Shown here: piece by piece, positions 26,297 through 37,617 of the stretch | Position numbering within the stretch: the first letter of the stretch is position 1 | Layout: each line of letters opens with the position of its first letter | Assembly: GCF_001194135.2 (NCBI RefSeq) | Contig: NC_068983.1 | Coordinates: 134,943,645 to 134,993,738 of the forward strand | DNA length: 50,094 bases | From: Octopus bimaculoides | Lineage: Eukaryota | Reading direction: 5' to 3' | Notes under the pieces: model-generated | What the model saw: the letters and a program-made list of their open reading frames with translations, nothing else | Told to the model about the DNA's origin: nothing | Database searches by the model: none | Position numbers and translations under genes: made by a program

Positions 26297-27229
26297 TACA
26301 AATTCAGCAATTATTTTTATTTTTGATAACTTTTCTAATATGGATTGTTTTCTATAATTCTGCTTCCTCACTTGCGACACAATTCTTGAAATACAAGAGG
26401 ATGATTTATTGTTTAGACCCCAGGTCGGACCGGAAAAAGTTATGATAAAAAATAATCCAGTCGTGAACACCACCTTTTTCTTTTCTTTTTTTTTTGTCGG
26501 GTCACATTATCTAATGTTACTTCTTTCTAGCAGATCGTACAGCCATTTAATGACTCCCACCATGGTTTAGCCTTTGATCAAAGACGTTCTGTGCTCATCC
26601 TCTCTTATTTAAAAACACTATCTCTAAGACAACAAATGTAATCTTATGATTATGGGAGATTTGACTACTGTTTCTAGCATGGCGAGTGATCGCGTTGAGG
26701 CTACCTTGATGTATCGTCAAGTGAAGAATAAATGCAAGTGTCCTAAATCTAGTCATTATCTAACTTTCACCTTAAATCCAGTCATCCATGTTTACACTTT
26801 CTGAATGGTTTTCTAAGTTTGCAAAGTGCTTTAAATAGTAGTTAACTACGATTTCCACCGTGTTATTCCTGAAATATTCTATAAAGAATTCTGCTGTGTA
26901 TTTCGATTGGCCAGCTTTGTATGAATTTAGTTGTCTTCGTAAATAACCATATGGAGAGGAGATAGAGCTTACATTGCATCTCCTTTGAAGTTGTGCGTGC
27001 ATTATTGCTGCTTCCCACTGATGCTGTACTTTCTATGACAATAATAATGCTATGATCGAGTGTAAGGCTCTTACAATTAATCTAATAGTTTGCTCGTTTT
27101 ACACCTTCAATTTCTTACAGTCGCAGTAGCTCAGGTTTATGAAGGAGATAGTGCGATACGTTTTATTATTATTATTATTATGTAATATCTATGACGATAA
27201 ACTATAGCGGTTATGAAACAACAACTTAG

Positions 27230-27281
27230 ATTTTTCACTCCGTTTGTCAGTCGCTTTACTGATGTTTATTTGTATGAAGAG
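27230..27281 (+). promoter_or_regulatory. Candidate GPATCH2 5'UTR exon / transcription start region
   Basis: Donor-like GAG|GTGAGG at 27282 and an Inr-like TCAGT near 27247, upstream of the exon-1 acceptor; no expression data. Confidence 0.3.
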
Positions 27282-27543
27282 GTGAGGTTATCGTTGTAGG
27301 TGCATGTGTTTATGCATGTTGGATTGCTGCAAGTGGTCGGTTTAATCTTCCATGTTTTAATGTTTGTGAGGTTTCTTCAGTATCTATTTGTAATGTTTTT
27401 GTAGATTCATTTCTGCGTACTGAAATAAGGAGGAGAAAACAATCCTATCGCTCGGAAAGTTTTCTTTGGTTTATTTCGTTTGTTTTTTTCTTCTTCTAAT
27501 TTCAGAATATTCCTGATTTTCTTTATTTGTTTTATAGTTTGAC

Positions 27544-28256
27544 ATGTGTGATGGAAGCAGGCAGCAAATGGAGAATTACATCGTAAGAGAGTTCCAAAAC
27601 TTACATGTTTTGTCTACATGTAACTTAGAGAAAATGGACGAATTAGTTCAAGATTTAACCAATGCTCTTGAAGAAACATCCAGGAACAATGGGGAAGAAA
27701 ATTCGGCACCGACCATTATCAGAAGGCATTACAAGAAGAAAAAACCCCGAAAACGGCGGTCGAACACCAACTTGATATGGGAAAGTGGCAACTTCAGCGA
27801 AGCCTCAGAAAGCAGTTTAGATGAAGCTTTTAAAGACTACATCCAGAGTGTTGTTCAGCACAGTGATTCGGATGACTTGGACGTTGTTAAACATCTATCC
27901 CAAATAGGACTTCCTCTTCCTGCTATGGTTCCACCTGTGGAATCCGATTCCGTACCAGAAACTTTTTCCCCGACTGACACGCAACGGAGACGGAGAAAAT
28001 TTCGCAGTATGACTGTCGACCCGATCTCCTGCGACCACTTTACTCTGACTCGGTGTAAAACCAAAGGTTCACGGATCTCGACGCGACAGAGGATGTTTCA
28101 CGATGGCAACATGAATTTAAAATGTTTAACCGAGTCAGACGACGCTATGAACATTTTACCGGGGAAACGAAAACGAAGTCGCAAGTATGACTTTTTTTGT
28201 ACGAATGGAAGCAACAGTGGTGATATCAGAAAAATCGAACTTTCGTCCTTCAATCA
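27544..28256 (+). CDS. GPATCH2: GPATCH2 coding exon 1
   Basis: 238-aa ORF in the track; acceptor ttttatag at 27537; donor CA|GTAAGT at 28257 (phase 2). Confidence 0.9.
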
Positions 28257-31200
28257 GTAAGTTGAAAGATTACTTGTATTTGTTTGTGTATTTTATGTTT
28301 GTTTATTGATACGTTGACAAGTTTTGATATGTTATCGTGCTCCAGCATGGGCAATGTTAACTGGAACCCGTAAAGGAACTCTCTTTGACTGGTTCCAGCA
28401 AGTTAACACGAGCCATCATGTTTTATTTTTGTTTACTTCTCCCAATTACTCACGTGTTTGTATACGTGATGGGTGGGGTGTTTTTCTTTTCTTTTCTTTT
28501 TTTTGTGTGTGTTGTAGAGTTTCATTGTCTACACTTGTTCTCTCTCTCAAAAACAAAACAAAAAAAGAAAAAGAAAAATGTTGTGTGACTTTATTCATTA
28601 ACGTTTACTTTTCATGTTAGAAACCTTCAAAATATCAACAACTGGTATCCATTCATTGATTCAGCTGAATTTTTCAGTTTATACTGTCTTTCTGAACAAT
28701 ATCTATTTTAGAAGAGGACTTTGATGTACTGACCTTATCAATTCTTAACCATATCTATTTTGGGATGTAAAGAGAGGTCTTTGATTGTCGTAATTCACCT
28801 GTGTGGGGATGGGTGAAGGATTTAACTATTCGGTTTTTCATCTTAACAACGTTTATGATTTACTCTGTGCGGAGGTTCGTACTAACATTCTTCCACTTTT
28901 ATTATTATTATTATAACACTAGCATATTTTTATAATATATATATACATACATATTAACACTTTACAGTATATTTACATATATACATACATCTATACATCG
29001 ATCTAAAACAACTGGAATACTAAAGGAAGGCTGGAATTTAAGAGAAGAGAAAACCAAAAGGTCACATGCTGTTCATTTAAAAATTCCTAAGTAGAACTTA
29101 TTATTACCTCCGCCTTTGAAACTGTTTTGAATGGTGAATTTGTTAACTTTGGCTTGTATTAGATAAGGATAAACTATTTATTACTGTTACTAAATTTTCT
29201 ACAACCACCTTCACATTCCATGACTACCATTGGGATCGATCAGGTACCAGCCAGTCGGGTTCATTTTTAGTATTCTTGTTTGTGAGAGCAGTTGAATTTA
29301 TTTCAGATATTCTCATTTTAAAAATCATCTCTGACTAATAGTTGAGAGGACATTGGTGTTGCCTTGGTGGAGGTTTGTGCTTTTTGAGTGCTCTTGTTAT
29401 TTTTTCTTTCTATTGTTGAAGTTATTATGCTAGCATCAACAACCTCTCTGCTGTTACATTCAGCAACACTTACACTTGTACTGATAATACCACACTAACA
29501 TTCTGCACCCAAGCATCATCCACATGTGACTGAGACCCCTAATGACAAATTTGTCAATGACTTGATAAACAGAGTCTTCCAAAACATTCTCCAATGAGGT
29601 CATATTAGTCAATCCTGGGGCCTTCAACAGCCAAAAGATACATTCACTACATATATCAAGAAAGCAATTTTATATCCCATCCCCTCTAAACATGTGAAGC
29701 ACACAACCAGAATTCACAAGGTCACTACAAATACTAAACTGCTCTGTTTCTAAGAATCTCTCCTGGTAATTGCACATCCTCAACATAGCAATATATGCAT
29801 CACAAAGATAGCCTTTCCTTTTCAGGACCAGAAAAATATACATCATTCCTCATTACCTTCTACAAAACCTGGTGAGACTCACAAGGAAGTACTACTCCCA
29901 CATCTAGGATGCTTTTGCTACTGTATACACAGATATCTCAGGGCCACTAGAATGTTGGTACAAGGTTACATCCCAACACATTCAACCTTTGTGTCACAAA
30001 CATGCTGTCTCATCTCTCTGCCTTTTCTAGCACTACTCAATAGTGACTGCTCTTCTAAGTTGTCTGGTCTTACACCATATTCACTCAGGCGCTCCTGACA
30101 CACTCATCTCTCTTCTTTCTATATTGTGTTCAGTCTTCAGTGATTCCTTCACTAATATTTTAACCCACAGCTGTCAACTTGCAACTACTCAAAAGTAACA
30201 TTAGTATCTTCAGTCCCACTGGTCACAGACAGTCTTCAAAAACCATGGATACAACCCCTTCCTCAAAGTCAATAATTATAAAAAAAGTTACACTGAACTA
30301 TTATAAGACAAAACCTTACTGCAGTTATTGTGTTATTAAGAAAGATACATTACTGCATTTGCCTCATTCTGTCTAACTGAAAATAGATGTCAGTCCTAAT
30401 TCCTTGTTGTTTAGGTTGAAGTAGAAAAGGATATTGTGTTATAGAGGCACTTGCTACAGCAATCTATAAATGTTCATAATTGAAGTCACTTTTGTTACCC
30501 ATGAAAAAGATGTCAAATGATGAAACAATACAAAATGGTGTAAACATTACTGAACTTTCAGTTTGATAGCAACGGGTGATGAATAAAACCCAACTAATTT
30601 TATATTGACATATAAAAATACTTAATAACCATTCCTGATTGGTTTCTTTATTGGTTCTATCTTAGTTTATGGTCAGTAATTATTAAAACTGTCATACATT
30701 TTGTTTTAGTATACATAGTAATGAATTTATATTGTCTATAAATGCAAATTAAATAGCTAAGAACATACCATGATGGTTCATCTGTCTTTATGTTCTGATT
30801 ATTTCATTTCTTTCTTGAATTTGTCAGAAAAACGAAGATATAGTCATATTGTCAGGAATACATATTGTCTTTTCCACACATGGTTACTAAATTGGTTTTG
30901 GTAATTTGAAAATTCACTAGATAGAAGGTAAAATCTGCAGATTGTGATATCTGGAACTCATATATTGAAGTTTTAATATCCATCCATCTATCTCTCCAAC
31001 CATTCATTTCCAATGCTGGAATGGATTGGATAAGTCTAGTCAAACATATCTCTGTACATTTCCATCCTATATTCATTTATTTTGGGGATTCAACAATTTC
31101 AAATCTGAAACATTTTCCTTAGCCTACCACCCTTATAAGTACCCACCCCTAACAATTCATGATGCATTCTATCCACAAATGTTTAACAAAACTTTAAAAT

Positions 31201-34200
31201 GAAAGCATGATGTGATCAAGCCAGCCAGCTTATCCTTCAAAAGAAATTATACTCAAACTACATATCTTTGAATAATTTGTGCATTCAATATGTTTTTCTC
31301 TAATATGATGGATTGGCCAAGGGACATATTTGAGGTAGGATTTTAAGACCAGATGCTTTTTCTGTTGCAAACTCTTACCTGATTTTCAAGTAAGGGTTTT
31401 TTTTCTTCTACAGGTTTTCAGAAGCACAAAGTGACCTGTCATACTATCAACAAGGCAAGGAATATAAACTTATCACCATTTTGGTGAGCCAAGCTGTACC
31501 ATTCAATGTCAATATTCATGCACATACACACATATGCTAGACATCCATCGAATTCATTTTCAAGGCATTGGTGGCCTGGAGCTATAGTAAAAGACACTTG
31601 CCAAAAGTGACACACAGAGAGACTGAACTCAAAACTATGTGGTTGCAAAGTGAACTTCTTAACCATACCACCATACCTGTGCAAGCATGAATAACATACC
31701 TGCTTATTGTCATACTTATTTGTTTGAAAGAATAAAATGATTAAGTTGACAAGGTATTGAATTACAAATTCATGGGTTGTGAATTCAAATCTATTGCGGA
31801 CATTTCAATTTCCTGCTTAATATTTATCTGTTCTGGAGTTAAACTTAGTAAAATTGAACCATTTTCTTCATCTTTCAGTGACAATACTAGCAGCTCATTG
31901 AGTAGCAGCGAGAGTGATGCAGGTTTAATTACCAACGATGAATCTCGAGAAGGTAAGACTGCACTTCAAAGTTGTTCCATTGTTTAAGTGTCACTATTAT
32001 TTTTCTTACTAGATAATATTAAGTTTGTGTGATACACTATTTCAGTAACTGGATAAACCTGTAGCATTCTAAAATAAACTGAAAAAGGAAACGTTTTTAT
32101 CAAGTATTTGGAAGGTGGGTTTATATTGTTGGTGATCATATGAAACTATTTTCTAAATCCATTATAATTGTATAATTCTTCATTAGCTACTGCTGACCAT
32201 GTAATAGGGTGTCAATGTAGGATCTAACTTCATATTCTACCCATGTCAGAGTTGCTTAATTGTGGCTAGCTTATTCTACTTACCTGTTGATAGATTCCAT
32301 GAAACAAGAATAAATTGATACTATATATAAGTGGTAAGTGTTTCATTGAAATTTTCTCTTGAAATTAAAAGTATTAATCACCATTTAAGAATGCATCTGA
32401 TTGGAAAAAGTTAGCAATTAACTTTTTCTTATATTTATATATATATACACACCGTATTTACTTGAGTTAAATACATAGATTGATAATTGCTCCATATATT
32501 GTTTTTAAAGGATAGCTTTTATGGCACCTGTGCCCAGCGTCGCCTTCCTGACACTTGTGCCGGTGGCACGTGTAAAGACATTCGAGCAAGATCGTTGCCA
32601 GTGCCGCTGGACTGGCTCCTGTGCAGGTGGCACGTAAAATACACCATTTTGAGCATGGCCATTGCCAGTACCGCCTGACTGGCCTTTGTGCCGGTGGCAC
32701 ATAAAAGCACCCACTACACTCTCGAAGTGGTTGGCGTTAGGAAGGGCATCCAGCTGTAGAAACTCTGCCAAATCAGATTGGAGCCTGGTGTAGCCATCTG
32801 GTTCACCAGTCTTCAGTCAAATCGTCCAACCCATGCTAGCATGGAAAGCAGACGTTAAACGATGAAGATGATGTTCAACAAAGAAGGAAGAATATTGCTC
32901 AAGATTGTTGCGAGACCCCCAGCTAAACTGGATTGGAAAATGAAAGTGATAATCTGACATAAATGCAATTAAGGGTTAATTTGGATTCAAGCAGGTTTCA
33001 AGTGATTCTATTTTCCTATTATTAATTACAGCTGATGACGAACAGAGTGATTTCTACTATGAACCAGGGTCTGCCTGTGGAGTACCAAGCATTATTCCTA
33101 TTTGGGAAACAGATAAGATGGATGATGAAGACAAAGAGGATGAGTTTCAAAAGATTTTCACTGGGACATTTGAACATCTCCCAAAATCTTCACAGCTAAG
33201 TTATACTGCCAGAGTTAAAAAGTTAATGGTAAGAAAACCAGATGTTATCATCTCTATATATTGGTATCATGTATTGTAACTGGTATACAATCAGAAAAAA
33301 ATTAAGATGTTGGAGTACTGATGCAAGGGTTACTGAGTTCAAACCTTGTTACTAGCATTAAATTGTGCACATTTTTGACTGGATTTGGTCAATATTTCAT
33401 CAGTGATGAATGTTGAGATTTAAACATGCTGTCAAGTATAAGATCTGCTTTGATCACCTGCAGCCATATTTTCAGTCGTCCACCATCCAACTTGAATATG
33501 GATTCAAATTAACAGCAACATAATGAAGTCTTACAGAGTGAGTTTTTAGTATAGATTTTTAGCTTTATTGTTCTTGCAGAAGCTACTGTTTTAAGGAAGG
33601 CACACACAATATTCTTTTCAAACACCATTTGTCAAATATTTTCAAATAGCAGATAATCTGAATTTATACAATCCAAGTTTCACAGCTGCAGATACCAGTA
33701 CTTGGAGCACACAGTTCTTCATGTGAAACTTGGTCTACTTGCAGTACCTAGGGTAGTTTTTTTCTACCTGGCAGGCACCTGTCATCCATCCTACCCATGC
33801 ATGCATGGAAGATGGACATTAGACAATGATGATAATATATATTTACTCAAGGTATTAGTTGCTCTGTGACAGTGGAGACCTCTGGTATTCTTGGTCCCTG
33901 AACCATATTCCCTCTCACTGCTGTCGGGGCAGAGATGACTGTCTACAAGTGCAAGCCCTGTGAGTCAAAGTGGCTGTTCCAACACATCTTCCTTGCCATC
34001 CTCTGGGGCAACACCTTTTCCATTTTGTCTGCTGGGGCCATGAGAAATGTTTCTTAATAAAGATGTCAAAAACTGCACACAAAAAATTATCTCTATGTAC
34101 TTTTTCCAATTGTTTGGGCCATGGGCTTCCTGTTGAAAAATGCTTATCTTGCACCAATTTACTGTTCTACATTAAACAATCTCAGTTGATATATTATCTG

Positions 34201-35371
34201 ATCACTTCAGCTGCTTTACTTGTTCTTCTCTTGAGTTAAAACTGTACTCACAAACCTGTTAATAAAAATCACAGGGTTCCAGTTTCTTGTATCTAAATAT
34301 CATCAGTGAGGTTAACTCTCCAATCAATTTGATCTCATTTTATCTCATATATGTAAAAACTAGAGAGAAAAAATTCATCTTTCTTTTCCAATGCTGTTTT
34401 GATAGCTTTATTTTTATGTACATTTTAGTGTGGAAGACAAATCCGTTCAGGGCGAAGAAAATTAAAAGGAAAGGTAAGATCATATTAACTTCTTCCTTTT
34501 GATATCATTGGGACACAGAATTATAGCCTCTTTAGTTGGGGATGTGTCCAAACTACATTGTCGAATGTCTCCTATTTTTTACAATAGTAGGGGAGGTTTG
34601 GTTGCTATTTCTAGCAAGGTGAGCAACTGCATATAGATTTTCTCATGTATACTTGTGTTGTACATGAGTGATCTTTCTTTCATTCTGATTCATGATGATT
34701 TGATCCTGAAACTGAAAACTACAAAACTAGATCTCAATTTCCAAATCCTTTCATGTACTACTTCTCTTTCCCTTGGTTATTTTTACCTGTTCTTTAACCT
34801 AAATATTTGTGCCTCATCAACTTGCATTTTGTAACACCTCAAATATCATTTGAGTTAGAATAAAGTTTCAAAGTAAACAGGATTTAATTTATAGTTTATT
34901 TTTTCTTTCCCCAGTTACATAGTTGTGTTATTAATCAATTTTCTTTGTGATTTATTTTAATTCTAGATTCCTGGGTATTCCATGTCAAGATTTCTACAGG
35001 AACAGCAAAAATGGAATGCTTTACAGATGAGACATCGGACATCTTTACATGGGCACGAATCATGCGATCATAAACGGCAAAGAAAAATTACATCTTGTGA
35101 AGGTAGAGTTTTGAATTAAATGGTATTTTCAGGTTGTCTTTTTGCTTGGAATATTTTGGAATTACTGTAATTATAACTAAATGAAGGCTGAAAATTATCT
35201 TTATTTATTTTTTCATTGATAGGGTGCCAAGGTGAAGATACGGACACTATAAGTGAATCAAATGGTGGAAACCATTTATTACATAACACAAGTTTGAAAA
35301 CAGGATCAGAACATAGTCTCTCAGGGGAGGGTGTTGCTCAACCTATACAAACGGATATATATAAGATCTAG
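27544..35371 (+). CDS. GPATCH2: G-patch domain-containing protein 2 (6 coding exons: 27544-28256, 31879-31952, 33032-33228, 34429-34473, 34967-35102, 35223-35371; 1314 nt, about 437 aa)
   Basis: All introns are GT-AG, phases match (2,1,0,0,1) and the total length is divisible by 3. Peptides MDELVQDLTNALEE, KKPRKRRSN, SEASESSLDE, HSDSDD, SSSLSSSESDAGLITNDESREADDEQSDF and CGVPSIIPIWE parallel vertebrate GPATCH2 ([41 protein letters not shown]). Confidence 0.9.
31879..31952 (+). CDS. GPATCH2: GPATCH2 coding exon 2 (DNTSSSLSSSESDAGLITNDESRE)
   Basis: Acceptor ttttcttcatctttcag; donor G|GTAAGA; conserved motif. Confidence 0.9.
32520..32873 (+). mobile_element. 5'-truncated copy of the same RTE 3'UTR in GPATCH2 intron 2
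   Basis: Same tail and tandem modules as the 5838 and 16772 copies. Confidence 0.8.
33032..33228 (+). CDS. GPATCH2: GPATCH2 coding exon 3 (DDEQSDFYYEPGSACGVPSIIPIWE...ARVKKLM)
   Basis: Acceptor attacag; donor ATG|GTAAGA; conserved motif. Confidence 0.9.
33600..33770 (-). mobile_element. RTE-like LINE fragment
   Basis: Minus-strand CETW and FDKWCLKRIL motifs. Confidence 0.5.
34429..34473 (+). CDS. GPATCH2: GPATCH2 coding exon 4 (CGRQIRSGRRKLKGK)
   Basis: 45-nt phase 0/0 exon; acceptor cattttag; donor AAG|GTAAGA. Confidence 0.78.
34967..35102 (+). CDS. GPATCH2: GPATCH2 coding exon 5 (IPGYSMSRFLQEQQKW...KRQRKITSCE)
   Basis: Acceptor ttttaattctag; donor AG|GTAG; open and phase-compatible. Confidence 0.78.
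35223..35371 (+). CDS. GPATCH2: GPATCH2 terminal coding exon with degenerate G-patch-like segment
   Basis: Acceptor ttttcattgatag; peptide ISESNGGNHLLHNTSLKTGSEHSLSGEGVAQPIQ aligns by spacing to the G-patch; TAG at 35369-35371. Confidence 0.75.
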
Positions 35372-35435
35372 ATGACCTGAGCCTTGACCCCCAACAAACA
35401 AGTGTTGGTCACTGGAACTGCCAAATTACAGTTTA

Positions 35436-35470
<35 letters not shown>

Positions 35471-36624
35471 GTTTCTCAGTTATAAGGGAAAGAACAATAA
35501 GATCTAAGTTAAAACAAACAAGAAAATCATTAAATCATTTTTAGTTATTTTGACACAAAATCTATATTTGAGGATGACAGAGTACATCAGTCTATTTATT
35601 TAATAAGAAATCTAAATCTTCTTGTAACCAGAAGATAAAATATATGCAGAAAAAAATAAATGTATAACAACTCAGATTAAGCTAGTGAAAGATGGAAAAG
35701 CTATTTAGTTTTATCTTTGGAGATATCCTAACGAGGATTCTATCTTAGTGCCAATGAATTAGAGGTTCCAAAGCTCATTTGATCAATTTGTCTCATCAAC
35801 AAAATTTCAAATTAATTATTCACATCATTGTTACATTTTCATTGAGATTTATTCCATCCCTCCCTAAACCATTTCCAAACATATGTCATGTGTCTTTGTA
35901 TGTTTTGATATACTGTCTCCACACTCTCCAGCTTTTATTGTTATTTCAAAATAAGGGCTGCAACTGGCAAAATCGGTAGAGTGCTGAGGAAAATGCCTTA
36001 TGCTTATTTAACTATGTTTCTTTGCACTCTGAGCTACAATCCCTCTGGAAATCAATAAAATGTTATGCCAATCAAGTACTTGGTTCAATTTAATTGATTA
36101 TAAATTCTGCCTATGTGTTAGTGTTTGAAATTTGGGGTCAGTTTTGTTTTTCATCCTTCTGGGGTTGATAAAATGGGTACTAGTAATATATTGGTATTGA
36201 ATTAATTGACTGTACCCTTCTTCAAACACACACTCATCCCCTAAAGAAATTTCTAATCATGTGTTAATGTTAGAAATCTCTTTTATTAATTCAGTAGAGC
36301 ATCAGACAGAATACATTTCAGTTTTTAATTCTGGTTCTTTACATTCTGTGTTCAGATCTGATCAGAGTCAAGTCAACTTTGCCTTTCATCCTTCTTAGGG
36401 TGACAAAGTACCAGTCAAGTACTGGGTTTGATTAAAATTATATCTATTCTTTAAATCTGAGGCCTTGTACCTATATTAGAAAACATTATTAATAAATTGG
36501 AGAATTTACAGAAATAATGCTCTGGACTAAATATTTTGCAGTATTTAACTGTCTCACTTCATTCTGGGTTGAAATCCTGCAAAGGACACTTTTGTCTTTC
36601 ACTTCACTTGGTGTTGACAAAGTA

Positions 36625-36849
36625 AGTACTTGTGTATAGGAGTCAGTTCAATGTATACTTCTTCTACAATAGCGAAGCTTTGTGCCAGTGTAAGAAATCA
36701 TTATGTGAGGCATGGTTCAATGTTGAATGCATAGCTAACAGAATCCATGGCCTGTCTAAAATTCTGGTTGGTACGGCTTCATTGACCATGATAATCTACT
36801 TGGGAAAGACCCAAACTCCACGACTATTTCATCTCCATGATTCACACCT
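36625..36849 (-). pseudogene. Relic exon (VNHGDEIVVEFGSFPSRLSWSMKP.../RILDRPWILLAMHSTLNH...)
   Basis: Acceptor gcttaattag, coding-like frame with a frameshift and stops; the + track ORF 36632-36871 overlaps it on the opposite strand. Confidence 0.4.
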
Positions 36850-37617
36850 AATTAAGCACATGAATATTTAATTAACAATTTACAAAAATCAATTTGAATA
36901 ACCATATGGATGGTTAAAATATAAATACAAGGATGACATAAACAACAGAAATTAAAAAAAAATATTTCACTATTTTCATTTGATTTGTTTTTGTAAATCA
37001 AAGATAAATGCATCCACTTTAGTTTCTACATGACATTTAGTATTTTATTTATTCTGAATTCTTGGAAACATATTTGTAATTTGAAATTGATATTCCTTTG
37101 TTTTTTAAAAAAACAACTATAAAATTAAATCTTAAAATTCTCTTGATTTTCGTTTTTCTTTTTATAAATATAAACTCAGAAACCAAAAGTCTAATGTAAT
37201 TGAATTTGTGTTTTGCAATCATTAATTTGGTGTTTTAAGCATAACATGAATCTTCTACTGTAACCCTGGGCCAACCAAAGCCTTGCAGTGGATGATTTAA
37301 TAGAAGCCAGTCATACAATTATATATATGTTGTGTGTGTTTGTGTTTCCTTGTCTTGACAGCATGTGATAGTTGTAAATGGGTATCACTGCCATACAAAC
37401 AGTTTTCTTCATTTCCAATCTTCCATGAAAATGTGTCTGTTCATGAGGAAATATTACCTCACTTCGCAAGTGACAGGAAAGACATCTGCTTCAATGAATT
37501 TTGTTTGACCATGCCAGAATAGGAAAATGGATGTTTAAAACAATGATAGATATGTGAGTGAGTAGACAAATTTAAAAACTGCTTCTTACCATTGAACTGG
37601 TATTTTATTTAACTTAC

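Larger units (their letters stand above)
26973..32320 (-). pseudogene. Chain of seven relic exons within and upstream of GPATCH2: 32320-32284, 31832-31700, 31104-30769, 30593-30499, 30376-30320, 28798-28734, 27032-26973
   Basis: Phases 0/1, 1/2, 2/2, 2/1, 1/1, 1/0, 0/0 all chain correctly; donors include CAG|GTAAGT, CAG|GTATGT, ATG|GTATGT, AAG|GTCAGT, AAT|GTAAGC; 8 stops in about 260 codons. Confidence 0.7.

Noticed and set aside
26772-27002. 76-aa minus-strand ORF as a single-exon gene
   Set aside because: A strong donor (AAT|GTAAGC at 26972) cuts it after 10 codons; the remainder is better explained as intron.
22963-27032. SPATA17 as a head-to-head neighbour of GPATCH2, as in human
   Set aside because: No IQ motifs (IQxxxRGxxxR) found in the minus-strand exons, and the exon chain continues upstream through GPATCH2 rather than starting at its promoter.
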